IMG/VR virus record: IMGVR_UViG_3300031659_000001
Source: an uncultured virus (IMG/VR IMGVR_UViG_3300031659_000001)
Taxonomy: Duplodnaviria; Heunggongvirae; Uroviricota; Caudoviricetes
Strand: one strand, 5' to 3'
Length of the DNA stretch: 64,000 nt
In this document: positions 1 to 9,623 of the stretch, in pieces
Numbering within the stretch: position 1 is the stretch's first letter
Layout of the letters: each line of letters starts with the position of its first letter
Translations under genes and position numbers: made by a program
The notes under the pieces: model-generated
Database searches by the model: none
The model's input: only the letters and a program-made list of their open reading frames with translations
Told to the model about the DNA's origin: nothing

Positions 1-189
1 GGTTGGCAAGCCAAGTATCAGTTCGTTGATAGCATGACGGCCTGTATGACCGGCTAAGTAGTGCAACAGATCTTGACCCTCTTTGTCGCCGCATGACACA
101 CGCCATGCTTTGGTAAGAGAATCAACCATGTCCCACAGTTCGTCACCAACGACCGTTGATGTTTCCTCATAGGTAGGTGCATGAGTCAT
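1..189 (-). CDS. Hypothetical protein, partial (runs off window edge)
   Basis: ATG at 189 overlaps stop of 186..428 (ATGA), upstream GGAGG; frame MTHAPTYEETSTVVGDELWDMV... is open to position 1. Confidence 0.6.
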   Translation of the reverse strand, partial: MTHAPTYEETSTVVGDELWDMVDSLTKAWRVSCGDKEGQDLLHYLAGHTGRHAINELILGLPT

Positions 190-428
190 TGGCATTCCTC
201 CAATTTGGTTTGCCAGTGACGACCACATTTCGACGAGTGATGTGTCACATTATCCACATTGTAGCCACTAAATCCTGCAAGACAGATCTGAAGTGACCCG
301 ATGGTGTGCTGGGCGATTCCTTCGCCACAGAAGCGACATATGTCACCCTCAACAGGTTCCTTGAACTTCTGCACATCGATCGGTAGTAGGGCGTATTTCA
401 TGCGGTAATAATCATCGGGTTGTTTCAT
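186..428 (-). CDS. Small CxxC/His-containing hypothetical protein
   Basis: 80 aa, CRFC and H/C motif; GGAGG RBS; ATGA-coupled to both neighbours. Confidence 0.65.
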   Translation of the reverse strand: MKQPDDYYRMKYALLPIDVQKFKEPVEGDICRFCGEGIAQHTIGSLQICLAGFSGYNVDNVTHHSSKCGRHWQTKLEECQ

Positions 429-610
429 TGTGATTCCTCCTTCAACAATAGTTCCAGTTCTTCAACAATACATTCAACAGGTTCGGTATCGCAACCGCCC
501 TTTTCAATGGTGTCAATGTATTTGGCAATACCAGCCTTGAGGCGTGTGTTTTCCTCAAGCAATTGCTCCAACCACACACTGCCCACCATTGTTCGTGCTG
601 AATCACTCAT
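425..610 (-). CDS. Small coiled-coil hypothetical protein
   Basis: 61 aa; ATGA overlaps on both sides. Confidence 0.65.
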   Translation of the reverse strand: MSDSARTMVGSVWLEQLLEENTRLKAGIAKYIDTIEKGGCDTEPVECIVEELELLLKEESQ

Positions 611-684
611 TGAGAATCACACTCCCCACATCCACAATACCATGTGACAATGGATCTCGGGTTTCGGTTGAGACAGTAAATCAT
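607..684 (-). CDS. 25-aa Cys-rich microprotein (MIYCLNRNPRSIVTWYCGCGECDSQ)
   Basis: Read manually; GGAGG RBS; ATGA overlaps with both neighbours. Confidence 0.5.
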   Translation of the reverse strand: MIYCLNRNPRSIVTWYCGCGECDSQ

Positions 685-821
685 TGGGATTGCCTCCTTG
701 TGTTTTTTGCGGTGAACATATATTGCTGGCATATCTCATGCAAACAAACCTTAGCGAAGGTCGCTGTGTGCATACGCACTGGCATGTCGCATATCGGGCA
801 GGTTGGGTCATCGGTAATCAT
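681..821 (-). CDS. 46-aa Zn-finger-like microprotein (MITDDPTCPICDMPVRMH...C)
   Basis: Read manually; GGAGGAATCAGC-ATG; ATGA overlaps on both sides; CxxC. Confidence 0.6.
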   Translation of the reverse strand: MITDDPTCPICDMPVRMHTATFAKVCLHEICQQYMFTAKNTRRQSQ

Positions 822-1102
822 GCTGATTCCTCCTTCATCTCCGCTTCCTGTGCCGAACGACGGGCTTCTATTCGCTCGTCACGCTGTTGAGCAGTTTCAA
901 CACTACGGTGCTTGTCAATGGCTTCACAGGCAGGACAGTAGCGATTAGGGTATGAATAAGTGCCAGCATGACCCTCCTTCACGGAGTTCATAGCAACATC
1001 AGCCAGATCGGAAAGGTAGCGGTCAGCATCGACGGGGAACACATGTCCACCGCACTTGCCAACAAAGCCACACTGAATGTGTAGTGAACCGACAATACTC
1101 AT
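818..1102 (-). CDS. Cys-rich hypothetical protein
   Basis: Start moved to MSIVGS (GGAGG, ATGA overlap); CxxxxxC and CPAC. Confidence 0.6.
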   Translation of the reverse strand: MSIVGSLHIQCGFVGKCGGHVFPVDADRYLSDLADVAMNSVKEGHAGTYSYPNRYCPACEAIDKHRSVETAQQRDERIEARRSAQEAEMKEESA

Positions 1103-1338
1103 ACTGATTCCTCCATCATTGGTGACAAAGAACCGAAACAACAGCGACCGACATATGTTCTACGGAGACTATTACGGAGATCGTGAATGTCTTTACCGCC
1201 ACATGATTGGGTGGCTTCAAGGACAATGTAATTGCCATGTGAACGCTCACGACCGAAGGGTCGGTTCAGTGCGTTGCCGCACATACCGCATGGGTTCAAG
1301 TCAAGCCACTGCTGGTGTTGATCGTTTGGTTTGCTCAT
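1099..1338 (-). CDS. Small Cys-rich hypothetical protein
   Basis: CGMC...RCC; GGAGG RBS; ATGA overlaps. Confidence 0.6.
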   Translation of the reverse strand: MSKPNDQHQQWLDLNPCGMCGNALNRPFGRERSHGNYIVLEATQSCGGKDIHDLRNSLRRTYVGRCCFGSLSPMMEESV

Positions 1339-1883
1339 GCCCATTCCTCCTTGAAAGCATCGCTACCATATCCAGTTTTAGAATCCACATCATCATTGAC
1401 AATTTCAAAGTCGATCACGAAATCCTCAACCTCAATGGTGCTGTCGTCAGTAATTGGTGACGAACTGTCCGGCACCTGTGCAAGTTCCTCGGCTGATGTG
1501 TCGCCAGCGACTCGCTCAATAGTGCGAAGTGTGTGATTGATAGATGTAGCCATGATTGCTTGAACATCCCAGCCAGCCTTGTCACGCATCTCGGTGATAA
1601 GGGCAGTATAGTGTTCTTCGTTGCATGGTAAAGTGTCCTTGATGAGTGTGGTGTAGTCGCAAGCAAAACGCTCGCCACCAGCACCCACACAAGCCACCAT
1701 ACCGCCAGCCTTCATGCCAGCAGGTAGTGGTGTGTAAGGGAGAATCCCAAGCACTCTTGGTGCGTTGAGGGATTCCTCATCAACGAGAAGCCCCTTTAGA
1801 CCCGTCGGGTCTATTGAGGGCATCCTGCGGAAGCAGATCTGCACTGGTGTGTGCGGTGCTTTTGGTTGTGTCATTGAAGCCAT
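1335..1883 (-). CDS. Hypothetical protein with acidic C-terminus
   Basis: 182-aa ORF with GGAGG RBS. Confidence 0.7.
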   Translation of the reverse strand: MASMTQPKAPHTPVQICFRRMPSIDPTGLKGLLVDEESLNAPRVLGILPYTPLPAGMKAGGMVACVGAGGERFACDYTTLIKDTLPCNEEHYTALITEMRDKAGWDVQAIMATSINHTLRTIERVAGDTSAEELAQVPDSSSPITDDSTIEVEDFVIDFEIVNDDVDSKTGYGSDAFKEEWA

Positions 1884-1979
1884 GATAATTCCTCCATCGT
1901 ATGTGGTATGTGACTCAACATCTCATCGGGCAAGCATTTCACTGGCCGTCACTTGGGATGGGAATGTCACTTACCCGAC

Positions 1980-3815
1980 TTAAGCAACCACCGCCATAGG
2001 GGTGTAGATTGCGTCAAGTGTGCGAGAGACTTCATTGGCCTGTCCAACATTCTTTACGACTGTTGGGAGGATGTCACCAGCGTTCCATTCACGGATAGTG
2101 ATGTTGCCGTGTGAATCAGTGCCAACAGTTTCAGATCGAGTTTCAGTAGCGACCATTTCATTGAGCATTGGGATGCCATGTTCAGCGATGAACTCATTGA
2201 GTTCGTTGCCTTGTGGCGAATGACCCATTGTTTCAGCGAAAGCCCGTTGAGCATCGTTCTGTATCTCAACAAAGAGAGAATGTTGCTTAGCAAGGTCAGC
2301 GTTGGTCTTAGCGAATGAAACCGCTTTACCACCATCGACTCTACCATGTGCATCATTGACAGCAGGTTGGTGATTGATGATACCGTTGGTGTTTTGGTAT
2401 GCTTGGTAAAGAGAACCGACTTGAGAACCTCCAAAGTCTTCGCCAACAGCGACCCATGCTTCTTCGGGGTTGCCCCAGCCTTGAGTAAAGGCACGGTATT
2501 GGCGTCCACCAGTCAATTGAGAGTCCTGTCCGATAGATGGGTAGGAGATGAGGCCACGGTTCACTTGAAGCGCAATTAGAGCCTCAAGGTTTTGGGAACC
2601 GAGCATAATATCATTCATGTTCTCAACCTCGCTGTTTTGAGCAACCATTGAAGCAACCGCCGTCATTACAAGTTTAGCGATGTTGCCAAAGTTAAGGTTC
2701 TCAAAAACACCCTTCTTGTGGGTTGCTGAAAGAATAACAGTTTCCTTAGTGGATGAACAGCCGTTCAAGCACCATAGGCGTTCCGAGACACCACGAATGG
2801 TGAGGGCACCGTCGAATGAATGGCGGATCTGGACTCCGAATCCAATGTTACCAAGGTCGGGGTTTGCTTCCAATGTGGACATTAAACCGTAGCCAGTATT
2901 GTCACCGAACTCACCCGCTTCTAAGCGAGTTTGAAGGTCGTCCATTACTTCCTGCTTTGTCATTGAACCATCAATAACACGGATGTCCATAACAGCGTCT
3001 TGGCCGTAGTTTGTTCCGTATGTAGTGTAAGGCAATCCTGCTTTAGAAGACCAATCACCGAACTCGTCAATGATGGTGCTGTGTTGAGCAAAGGCGTAGC
3101 AATCGGTCTTAGGGCGACCCAATTGCATACCGAGGTAGTTATTGTCCTCATTGGCATATCCTTCGTTTAGAACGGTGTAGATACCAGTTCCAACCATGTC
3201 ACCTTTGGTGTTCTCCAATTGTGCTTCCTTGAAGACCATTGTCATGTCAGTGATGTTATCAACAATACCACCACGACGACCATTGAATGAAGAAGGGAAT
3301 ACTGGCATGTGTGATGCCGGTAGTTCGCCACCATTCATGGATTCAGTAAGGTCTTGCCATTCACCGTCGATTAGAGGGGAGATAGATTGAGGCAAAGTAG
3401 ATGCCTTGCCAGTTCCCTTACATGTGCCACATTTGATAGTAGTGCGATTCTCATTGACTTCAACGACGACACGGCGTGCGTTGATTGCTTCAAGTTCACT
3501 AACTAATGTGTTGATGTCTGTGTTACCACTGATGACGGCTTCAGATCCTTCGTTGTTGTTGTCGCATGTTGGACAAACACATCGCTTGATAGCGAAGGCA
3601 CGGTTGGTGTCTTCGTTGCTCATGGTGTCATTCAGTCGCACACCAATTGAACCACCAGCACCGAACTCGGTGCGAGTGACTGTCAAGTCAGTGTCGCCCA
3701 TCATAGATGGGTAGGACACAGTAACCTGTGTTGGCGTTCGTTGGGTGATACTGCCAACAACCACGATGTGGTCGAGGGTAGCACTTGGCTCATTATTTTC
3801 ATTTATTGCTTGCAT
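1980..3815 (-). CDS. DUF932-like protein with N-terminal Zn-binding region
   Basis: 611 aa; HSFDG...RLWCLNG resembles the DUF932 SHDG...RxxCxN core; CPTC and CGTCKGTG in N-terminal part. Confidence 0.55.
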   Translation of the reverse strand: MQAINENNEPSATLDHIVVVGSITQRTPTQVTVSYPSMMGDTDLTVTRTEFGAGGSIGVRLNDTMSNEDTNRAFAIKRCVCPTCDNNNEGSEAVISGNTDINTLVSELEAINARRVVVEVNENRTTIKCGTCKGTGKASTLPQSISPLIDGEWQDLTESMNGGELPASHMPVFPSSFNGRRGGIVDNITDMTMVFKEAQLENTKGDMVGTGIYTVLNEGYANEDNNYLGMQLGRPKTDCYAFAQHSTIIDEFGDWSSKAGLPYTTYGTNYGQDAVMDIRVIDGSMTKQEVMDDLQTRLEAGEFGDNTGYGLMSTLEANPDLGNIGFGVQIRHSFDGALTIRGVSERLWCLNGCSSTKETVILSATHKKGVFENLNFGNIAKLVMTAVASMVAQNSEVENMNDIMLGSQNLEALIALQVNRGLISYPSIGQDSQLTGGRQYRAFTQGWGNPEEAWVAVGEDFGGSQVGSLYQAYQNTNGIINHQPAVNDAHGRVDGGKAVSFAKTNADLAKQHSLFVEIQNDAQRAFAETMGHSPQGNELNEFIAEHGIPMLNEMVATETRSETVGTDSHGNITIREWNAGDILPTVVKNVGQANEVSRTLDAIYTPMAVVA

Positions 3816-3884
3816 GTTTTTGTCCTCCGTTTTTATTTGTCAGCAGGTTGTGATGTTTGACCCGCTACAACCAACCCACAGACA

Positions 3885-3900
3885 CCGGCCTATATGAACC
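3885..3900 (-). promoter_or_regulatory. Putative early promoter GGTTCATATAGGCCGG, copy 1
   Basis: Identical 16-mer at 7721-7736; both copies lie upstream of minus-strand genes; TATA-like core. Confidence 0.55.
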
Positions 3901-4091
3901 CCCCGATATTCAAGGGGCCGCCTGTCCGGTGTCTGCCGCAGGTGACACTGACGGCTTATAGTCTTTCTTTTGTTAATGTGCAAAAAAAGAGAATTAAACG
4001 CAAATAAATAAGTGGCCGACCAGCAAAACCAGCCCCCGTTTTAGGGGGATGATGAGAACATTACTGGCCGACCTTGAGTGCTTTGTGGTGT

Positions 4092-4322
4092 TCAATAGAC
4101 CCCGCCATTATCAACGAATACTTGGGCACATCCACTGCACCAACCAAGTGGATCTGTGGCTATGCGACGAATAGAACGCAGTGTGTCCGAATTACAATAC
4201 TGGCCGTGAGCATAGCATGTTGCTTGATAATATCCACCTTCGTTGATGCTAAAGTCCACTTGAATGTGTGTTCCTGTTTGGCGATTCTTTTTGACATCGC
4301 TGATTATTCTTGGTGTTGGCAT
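4092..4322 (-). CDS. Small Cys/His hypothetical protein
   Basis: Start MPTPRII after AAAACACGGAGGAATA; CxxH and CxxC. Confidence 0.6.
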   Translation of the reverse strand: MPTPRIISDVKKNRQTGTHIQVDFSINEGGYYQATCYAHGQYCNSDTLRSIRRIATDPLGWCSGCAQVFVDNGGVY

Positions 4323-4324
4323 AT

Positions 4325-4807
4325 TTATTCCTCCGTGTTTTGTGGTGTATTGTTGAGACGCATAGCCGCACGAACTCGGTTGATACAATTGGCACATCCA
4401 ATGTGCCGTGGATCAAGAGTCGCTGGTTGTTGGTCGGTGCTTGGTGTCATACCACTGACTCCATCGGTGACTGTGTATTGAAACACTTTTCCTCCATCAA
4501 AGTGGGGTGTTTGGGAACATCCTTTGGCGATTGATGTGCCATCCTTGGACAGCACGGTGAAGTGAACGCTGGCACGGCGAACTGTCTTAGATGGGGCGGA
4601 GTTCAAAGAACACACACACCCAGCCTTAGACACCTTAGAATGGAACTCACCAACGGCTCCGTGGAGTTTGCACCACAGCCCTTCGTAACCTTCACTTGAT
4701 ACATCCTCGGCATTCAGATCTGTGTGTCGAACCTTGAGGTATTTGGCGATCATGTGCTGGTTGTCAGCACCAGTCTTTCGCAATTGTTTCGCTCGCTCAC
4801 ATCCCAT
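4325..4807 (-). CDS. Hypothetical protein (Cys/His motifs)
   Basis: Start MGCERAK after AAAACACGGAGGAATA. Confidence 0.6.
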   Translation of the reverse strand: MGCERAKQLRKTGADNQHMIAKYLKVRHTDLNAEDVSSEGYEGLWCKLHGAVGEFHSKVSKAGCVCSLNSAPSKTVRRASVHFTVLSKDGTSIAKGCSQTPHFDGGKVFQYTVTDGVSGMTPSTDQQPATLDPRHIGCANCINRVRAAMRLNNTPQNTEE

Positions 4808-4848
4808 ATCTATTCCTCCGTGTTTTGTCGCATCCTGTCCACTGTATT

Positions 4849-7704
4849 TCAAATCCATTCTTGAGCCGCTTGCCAGTGGCTTGCGACAGCCTGTGTGATG
4901 TCGTCATCCATGACCTCGGATGTCATCCATACTGAATGCCCACCGACTTCGGTGCCAGCATGGTATGTTTCAACATCATAATCCTCACCCATAACCTGCT
5001 GGATGAAGTCCATAGCGAACTCCGCATCATTGGTTAAGTGAAGCACCTTGCTATCAGCGACACATGCAAATTGGGGCATAGTAGGCACCATGAATGTGTC
5101 CTCAAAAGAAGGATCTGGAACTGACATGTGAGAAGGTGTAGTGGTGTCCTCGTCTTCATCCTCGTCGTTTGACACAGGCCATGAACCCATCTCAATGTCG
5201 TCACCGTTGAGCATCCACATAGCATGTTCAAGGTCATTCGGAGTATCGCCAGTGGACACTATTTTGTTGTTGGTGTAGTATCGCTGGGTGTCCATAGAAC
5301 GGGTGATGCAAACATATACTGCGTTGAGTTCTTGATCAATTTCAGCCGATGTGTTCATCGACCATGGTAGCATGAAACATGGTGACAGGCGTTCTTCACC
5401 TTGAGCATCAATAACCATGCGGTCAGTGATGATGTGAACAGTCTTGCGCTCCAATCCTTTAGCACGGTGAACTGATGAGAACAGAACGAATGCTTCGCCA
5501 GTTTCATTTGGATCGACGAACATTTGAGAGAGCCAATCCGATTTGTTATCGCCACAGAAACCAATGCTGGTAGGGTTTGATTCTTCGGTGGTGTATCGGT
5601 CAGCGAGAGCAAGTGTAGCCTCAATCATATCGGTAGCAGTTCGGTAGTCATCATGGTTGGATGCTTGCACAGAATCACCCTTGCACTGTTGAGTCAGTTT
5701 GAGCAACAAAGCGGATAGGTAGTCAGCACCTTGTCCATGTCTTGAGGTGAACGATTGAAGTTCGGACAATTTCTTATCAACAACACCGACCATGCTCATG
5801 CCGACTTTACCCGACCACATGTTACGAACCTGTGATTCAAGGTCGCCACCACCCGCTAAACGGGCAGGTATTCCTTGCTTGAGGGTAGCGACAGCATATG
5901 ATACAAGAGGGGCTGTAATACGACACAGAACCATGTCTCCTACCTCTACGCTTTGAGTCAAGGCATTGACATGGTGAACAGTGGATGAGGATCCTTGTTT
6001 CCATGTTGGGATGAGTTCCACTGGTGAACGGTGGTCGGCATACATGGTGCGCTGTCCATCACGGCTACCGATGAGTAGTGATACTTCATCAGCAAGTGTG
6101 ACAGTTTGTCGCCAGCATATTGTCATTGGGAAGGATTCACAGCCATAGGTTTCAACACCGTAGTCAAATGACCGACTGTCGCTTCCTGCGAACAAATACA
6201 GTGATTGGCGACGGTCGCCAACAAGAACCACATTACCACCATCGACGAGAAGTCCTGCCAGTAGGTCGTGTTGAAGTGGGGACATGTCTTGCACTTCATC
6301 ACAGAACATCATATCAAATTGTCTCCATGCTGGGATGTTGAAATATGCTGGGGCGTAGATACAATCCAAGTGGCTGAAAGTAGCCGCATACTCACCGTCA
6401 GTAGCATCGGATTGATTGCCAGTAGCAAATGCTGGGGCGACATCAATACCATGCTCAAAAGCAGTAGCGATGAACCCATCAATATCCTGCTGATTATCCT
6501 TGACGGAGAAGACCCATTCATCGGATTGGAAGGTCGCTTGAGAACGCTTGTCCCACTTCTCTTGACTGAAAGGGCCATCATTGGATGTGCCAAACATTGT
6601 GAAGCGTCCTGTCTTGTCCATGCTGGCCTTCTTACATGATGCTTTGATGGCCTTAGCAATATCAAAATGCTCATTAGGAAACCTAATCTCAATTCGACGG
6701 TCAGTGAACTTACCAGTGCGGTAATTGCGAGAAGTGAATGGAACTGCGACCACTGATGAACCACCGTTCTGTTTGGTGGTTGGTGGCATGACACGGAGTC
6801 CCTTCTCCAATAGTTCAGCATCAGTGTAATTGGATGCCGCTTGTAAGAAACCGGAATACTGGTCCCGGCGTTGGAATACCATAGCATTAGGTGAACACTG
6901 GGCAATCTCCCCTTCGTTCTCAAGGTGGAACATACCAAGGTCAATTACACGCTCAATGATAGATGGCAATTGAGCAAGGATCTGTGGGCCGACTGGATGG
7001 TCGGATATTCGGAGGGAGTCACGGTTTCTGTCCATGTAGGTAGTCCAATCCTCTTCGGATGGCTTAGTTCCTACTGGTGTGAAGAATCCTTGCATCATCG
7101 CTTTTTCAGTAGCCGCTTTGATGAAACGAGCAAGAGCAAACCAAGACCAAGACTCTCGCTTGTTACCTGCTTTAGTCAATGGCATATTGTTCTCATAGTC
7201 AGCACGAAGCACTGGGTCAGCAAGGAGGTCACAGGACACTATACGAGCAAGGGATGTGTAGCGATTGTTCTGTAAGACCATTGGATGTTCAAAGAACTTC
7301 AACAGTGACTTCTTACCATGACTGTTGAGAGTTCCAGTTCCACCGCCACTTGTCCAGTCAGCACCATCGGGTTTCCACTTCTTCATGGCATTCACTACTA
7401 CTGCCGCAATAGTTCCGTTGAAGGCTGTTGCTGTGATGCTGTATCGACGACCAGCACGGTGAGCATGAGCAAGAATGTAGAAGGACATGTCAATCACCGT
7501 TGTTTTGCCGGATCCTGCGACCGATTCAAGTGCCGCTTTGATTGGCAATCCAGCATGGGCTTGAGAGATGAGATGGGATAGGAACACCAATTGCTCCGGG
7601 GATGGGTCGTTACCATGGGACTCAATGTCCGGCATCCAGTCCCGTAGTGCAACGGTTAGGGGGAGTTCAAGGGCGGGCTTCAATGTGGTGTTCTCTTCCG
7701 ACAT
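4849..7704 (-). CDS. UvrD/Rep-like superfamily 1 helicase
   Basis: SF1 motifs in order: AGSGKTT, DEVQD, VGDRRQSLYLFAG, SSVHRAKGLE, YVCITRS. Confidence 0.9.
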   Translation of the reverse strand: MSEENTTLKPALELPLTVALRDWMPDIESHGNDPSPEQLVFLSHLISQAHAGLPIKAALESVAGSGKTTVIDMSFYILAHAHRAGRRYSITATAFNGTIAAVVVNAMKKWKPDGADWTSGGGTGTLNSHGKKSLLKFFEHPMVLQNNRYTSLARIVSCDLLADPVLRADYENNMPLTKAGNKRESWSWFALARFIKAATEKAMMQGFFTPVGTKPSEEDWTTYMDRNRDSLRISDHPVGPQILAQLPSIIERVIDLGMFHLENEGEIAQCSPNAMVFQRRDQYSGFLQAASNYTDAELLEKGLRVMPPTTKQNGGSSVVAVPFTSRNYRTGKFTDRRIEIRFPNEHFDIAKAIKASCKKASMDKTGRFTMFGTSNDGPFSQEKWDKRSQATFQSDEWVFSVKDNQQDIDGFIATAFEHGIDVAPAFATGNQSDATDGEYAATFSHLDCIYAPAYFNIPAWRQFDMMFCDEVQDMSPLQHDLLAGLLVDGGNVVLVGDRRQSLYLFAGSDSRSFDYGVETYGCESFPMTICWRQTVTLADEVSLLIGSRDGQRTMYADHRSPVELIPTWKQGSSSTVHHVNALTQSVEVGDMVLCRITAPLVSYAVATLKQGIPARLAGGGDLESQVRNMWSGKVGMSMVGVVDKKLSELQSFTSRHGQGADYLSALLLKLTQQCKGDSVQASNHDDYRTATDMIEATLALADRYTTEESNPTSIGFCGDNKSDWLSQMFVDPNETGEAFVLFSSVHRAKGLERKTVHIITDRMVIDAQGEERLSPCFMLPWSMNTSAEIDQELNAVYVCITRSMDTQRYYTNNKIVSTGDTPNDLEHAMWMLNGDDIEMGSWPVSNDEDEDEDTTTPSHMSVPDPSFEDTFMVPTMPQFACVADSKVLHLTNDAEFAMDFIQQVMGEDYDVETYHAGTEVGGHSVWMTSEVMDDDITQAVASHWQAAQEWI

Positions 7705-7720
7705 GGCCCATCCACACCCT

Positions 7721-7736
7721 CCGGCCTATATGAACC
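7721..7736 (-). promoter_or_regulatory. Putative early promoter GGTTCATATAGGCCGG, copy 2
   Basis: Identical to 3885-3900; TATA core about 25 nt upstream of the helicase ATG. Confidence 0.55.
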
Positions 7737-7799
7737 AACGGCTACTACAAGCCCACAGTAGCACGGTTCTATTCAAGGGCATTTACAGCCAGTTCCAGC

Positions 7800-8600
7800 C
7801 ACCTTACCAAAGGTCACTGGGGCTTTCATCACTTTCATCACTTTCATCTATCATCAATAGGCCCTAAAGGGTATAGGGACATAGGGAGAGAGAGAAGAGA
7901 GAGAGAGAGAGAAGTGAGTAAAGTGATAATAGTAGCCCACATGATACATGGACATGGGACATGAGACATGAGCATGACACATGCCCGACGCACATGGCAC
8001 AGCACCAACAACCAGCAATCGAATGCAACCCAGCAACCCATAACAACCACAACAGGACACACTCCGGTGAGGCTCGGCGTGGACTCGGTTTTGCCACGGA
8101 TCTGTGTGATGTGTGATTGGTGTGTGATTGTCGATGGCTGGGCCAATCACACATGAAGAACCACACCTCTCAACACATGTGTCAAGTCACCCAGCGAAGC
8201 ACCGAATCACACATGGAACAGGCCAAATGAGGGCAGATCGTGGATGAATGGGCCTGTTTAGCGTGTGAATGGGCCTCAAATAGCCCCGTAACCGTGACAC
8301 TGCGGGTCACTGGGCCGGTGGGCTGGGCCTACGCCCAGCCGTCCCCATACTGTGTGTGATTGGTGGCTCGGCCCGCTAACCGTGGCACTGCGAGGCCATG
8401 TGTGATGCTGTGGGCGTGTGTGATTGGCTGTGTGGGGCGCAAAAAAAACACCCACAGGCTTGCTTACGGGCACATTTTTTTTTTTTTTGTGCGGGCTTCC
8501 CTAACCACAGATGCTAAACGGAATAAAATTGAGAACTTTTTTTGTCAGTCCTCACACCTTTGACATCACACATCACACACCGCAATTTTCATATCGAATC
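7800..8600. repeat. Non-coding repeat-rich region at strand switch (candidate origin, terminus or control region)
   Basis: CATCACTTT tandem, (GA)n tract, ACATG repeats, about 10 TGTGTGA/TCACACA copies in both orientations, A and T homopolymer runs. Confidence 0.6.
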
Positions 8601-8732
8601 GCCCCCTGTCACCACATGGTTCGCCACGAATAACTGCATCCCCATGCTTACTCCATGCCCTTCCTCTTTTGGCTCATTTTTCGTGGTGAACCACCCCATC
8701 CTTTTTTTGGTAGTTATGTTTAGGCAGGAAAC

Positions 8733-9623
8733 ATGGCGGGTGTTCACATTTTCGAGGTTGGCCCCCGTGATGGCTTGCAGGGCCTCGAACATGTGGTAAA
8801 TACTGCCGACAAAATCGAACTGGTTGCCCTTCTCCGAGAAGCGGGGCTGAAACAGATCGAAGTGACCTCATTTGTCCATCCGAAGCGAGTTCCGAACATG
8901 GCTGATGCGGAGGCTGTTTATACGGGTGTTTGTATGGATTCTTCAAATAGTGTCGGCCTTTCAGTATTGATACCGAATAAGCGTGGAATCGACCGTGCTA
9001 AGGCTGTTGGAGCCACTAATTTCAACATATTCTTCTCTCCTAATGACGATTTCAACCGTGAGAACTACGGATTGTCTCTTAAAAACATACTCAAAGGGTA
9101 TGTTGAGGCACTTGAGGGAATCGACCCGAAATTGGTTCGTGTGTATATTTCGATGGCGTTTGGCGGTTGTATGGATGAATTGTCCAGTGCTGTTAAGTCG
9201 GGCCTTACATTTGGGGATAAAATTGTTCTTTGCGACACGGAGGGTGATGCTACGCCGTTTGACATCGCTCTTGGTATAGATGTGGTGTATGACTTGACAC
9301 GAAACATAGGACTTCACCTTCACAGGGGTAAGCACTTGATGGCGAATGTTGAGACGGCCTACCTTCATGGTGTTCGAGAGTTTGATTCGAGTATTGGCGG
9401 TTTGGGCGGTTGTCCCTTCATGCCGAAGTCGGGTGCCAATTTAGCGACGGAGGAACTTGTTGCTTGGTGCGTGAAAATGAACATTCCCTGTGGCGTTGAA
9501 GAGGATGCTTTGAAGCCAGCGATTGCTCTTGCTCATCGGATTAAGAATCCCGACCTTCGCACTACGCTCCGCAATAAGGTTCGTGAAACGAAGGGTAAGA
9601 TCCTACGGGTGGTGAAGAGATGA
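8733..9623 (+). CDS. hmgL: Hydroxymethylglutaryl-CoA lyase (DRE-TIM metallolyase), auxiliary metabolic gene
   Basis: EVGPRDGLQ, IEVTSFVHPKRVP, HLH metal ligands, GLGGCPF...GANLATEEL. Confidence 0.9.
   Translation: MAGVHIFEVGPRDGLQGLEHVVNTADKIELVALLREAGLKQIEVTSFVHPKRVPNMADAEAVYTGVCMDSSNSVGLSVLIPNKRGIDRAKAVGATNFNIFFSPNDDFNRENYGLSLKNILKGYVEALEGIDPKLVRVYISMAFGGCMDELSSAVKSGLTFGDKIVLCDTEGDATPFDIALGIDVVYDLTRNIGLHLHRGKHLMANVETAYLHGVREFDSSIGGLGGCPFMPKSGANLATEELVAWCVKMNIPCGVEEDALKPAIALAHRIKNPDLRTTLRNKVRETKGKILRVVKR

Noticed and set aside
617..811. 64-aa minus-strand ORF from the track
   Set aside because: Better explained by two shorter ORFs (681-821 and 607-684) that have RBSs and ATGA overlaps.
7844..8600. 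Several 60-100 aa ORFs in all frames
   Set aside because: They translate low-complexity repeats, have no RBS or protein-like pattern, and are likely non-coding.
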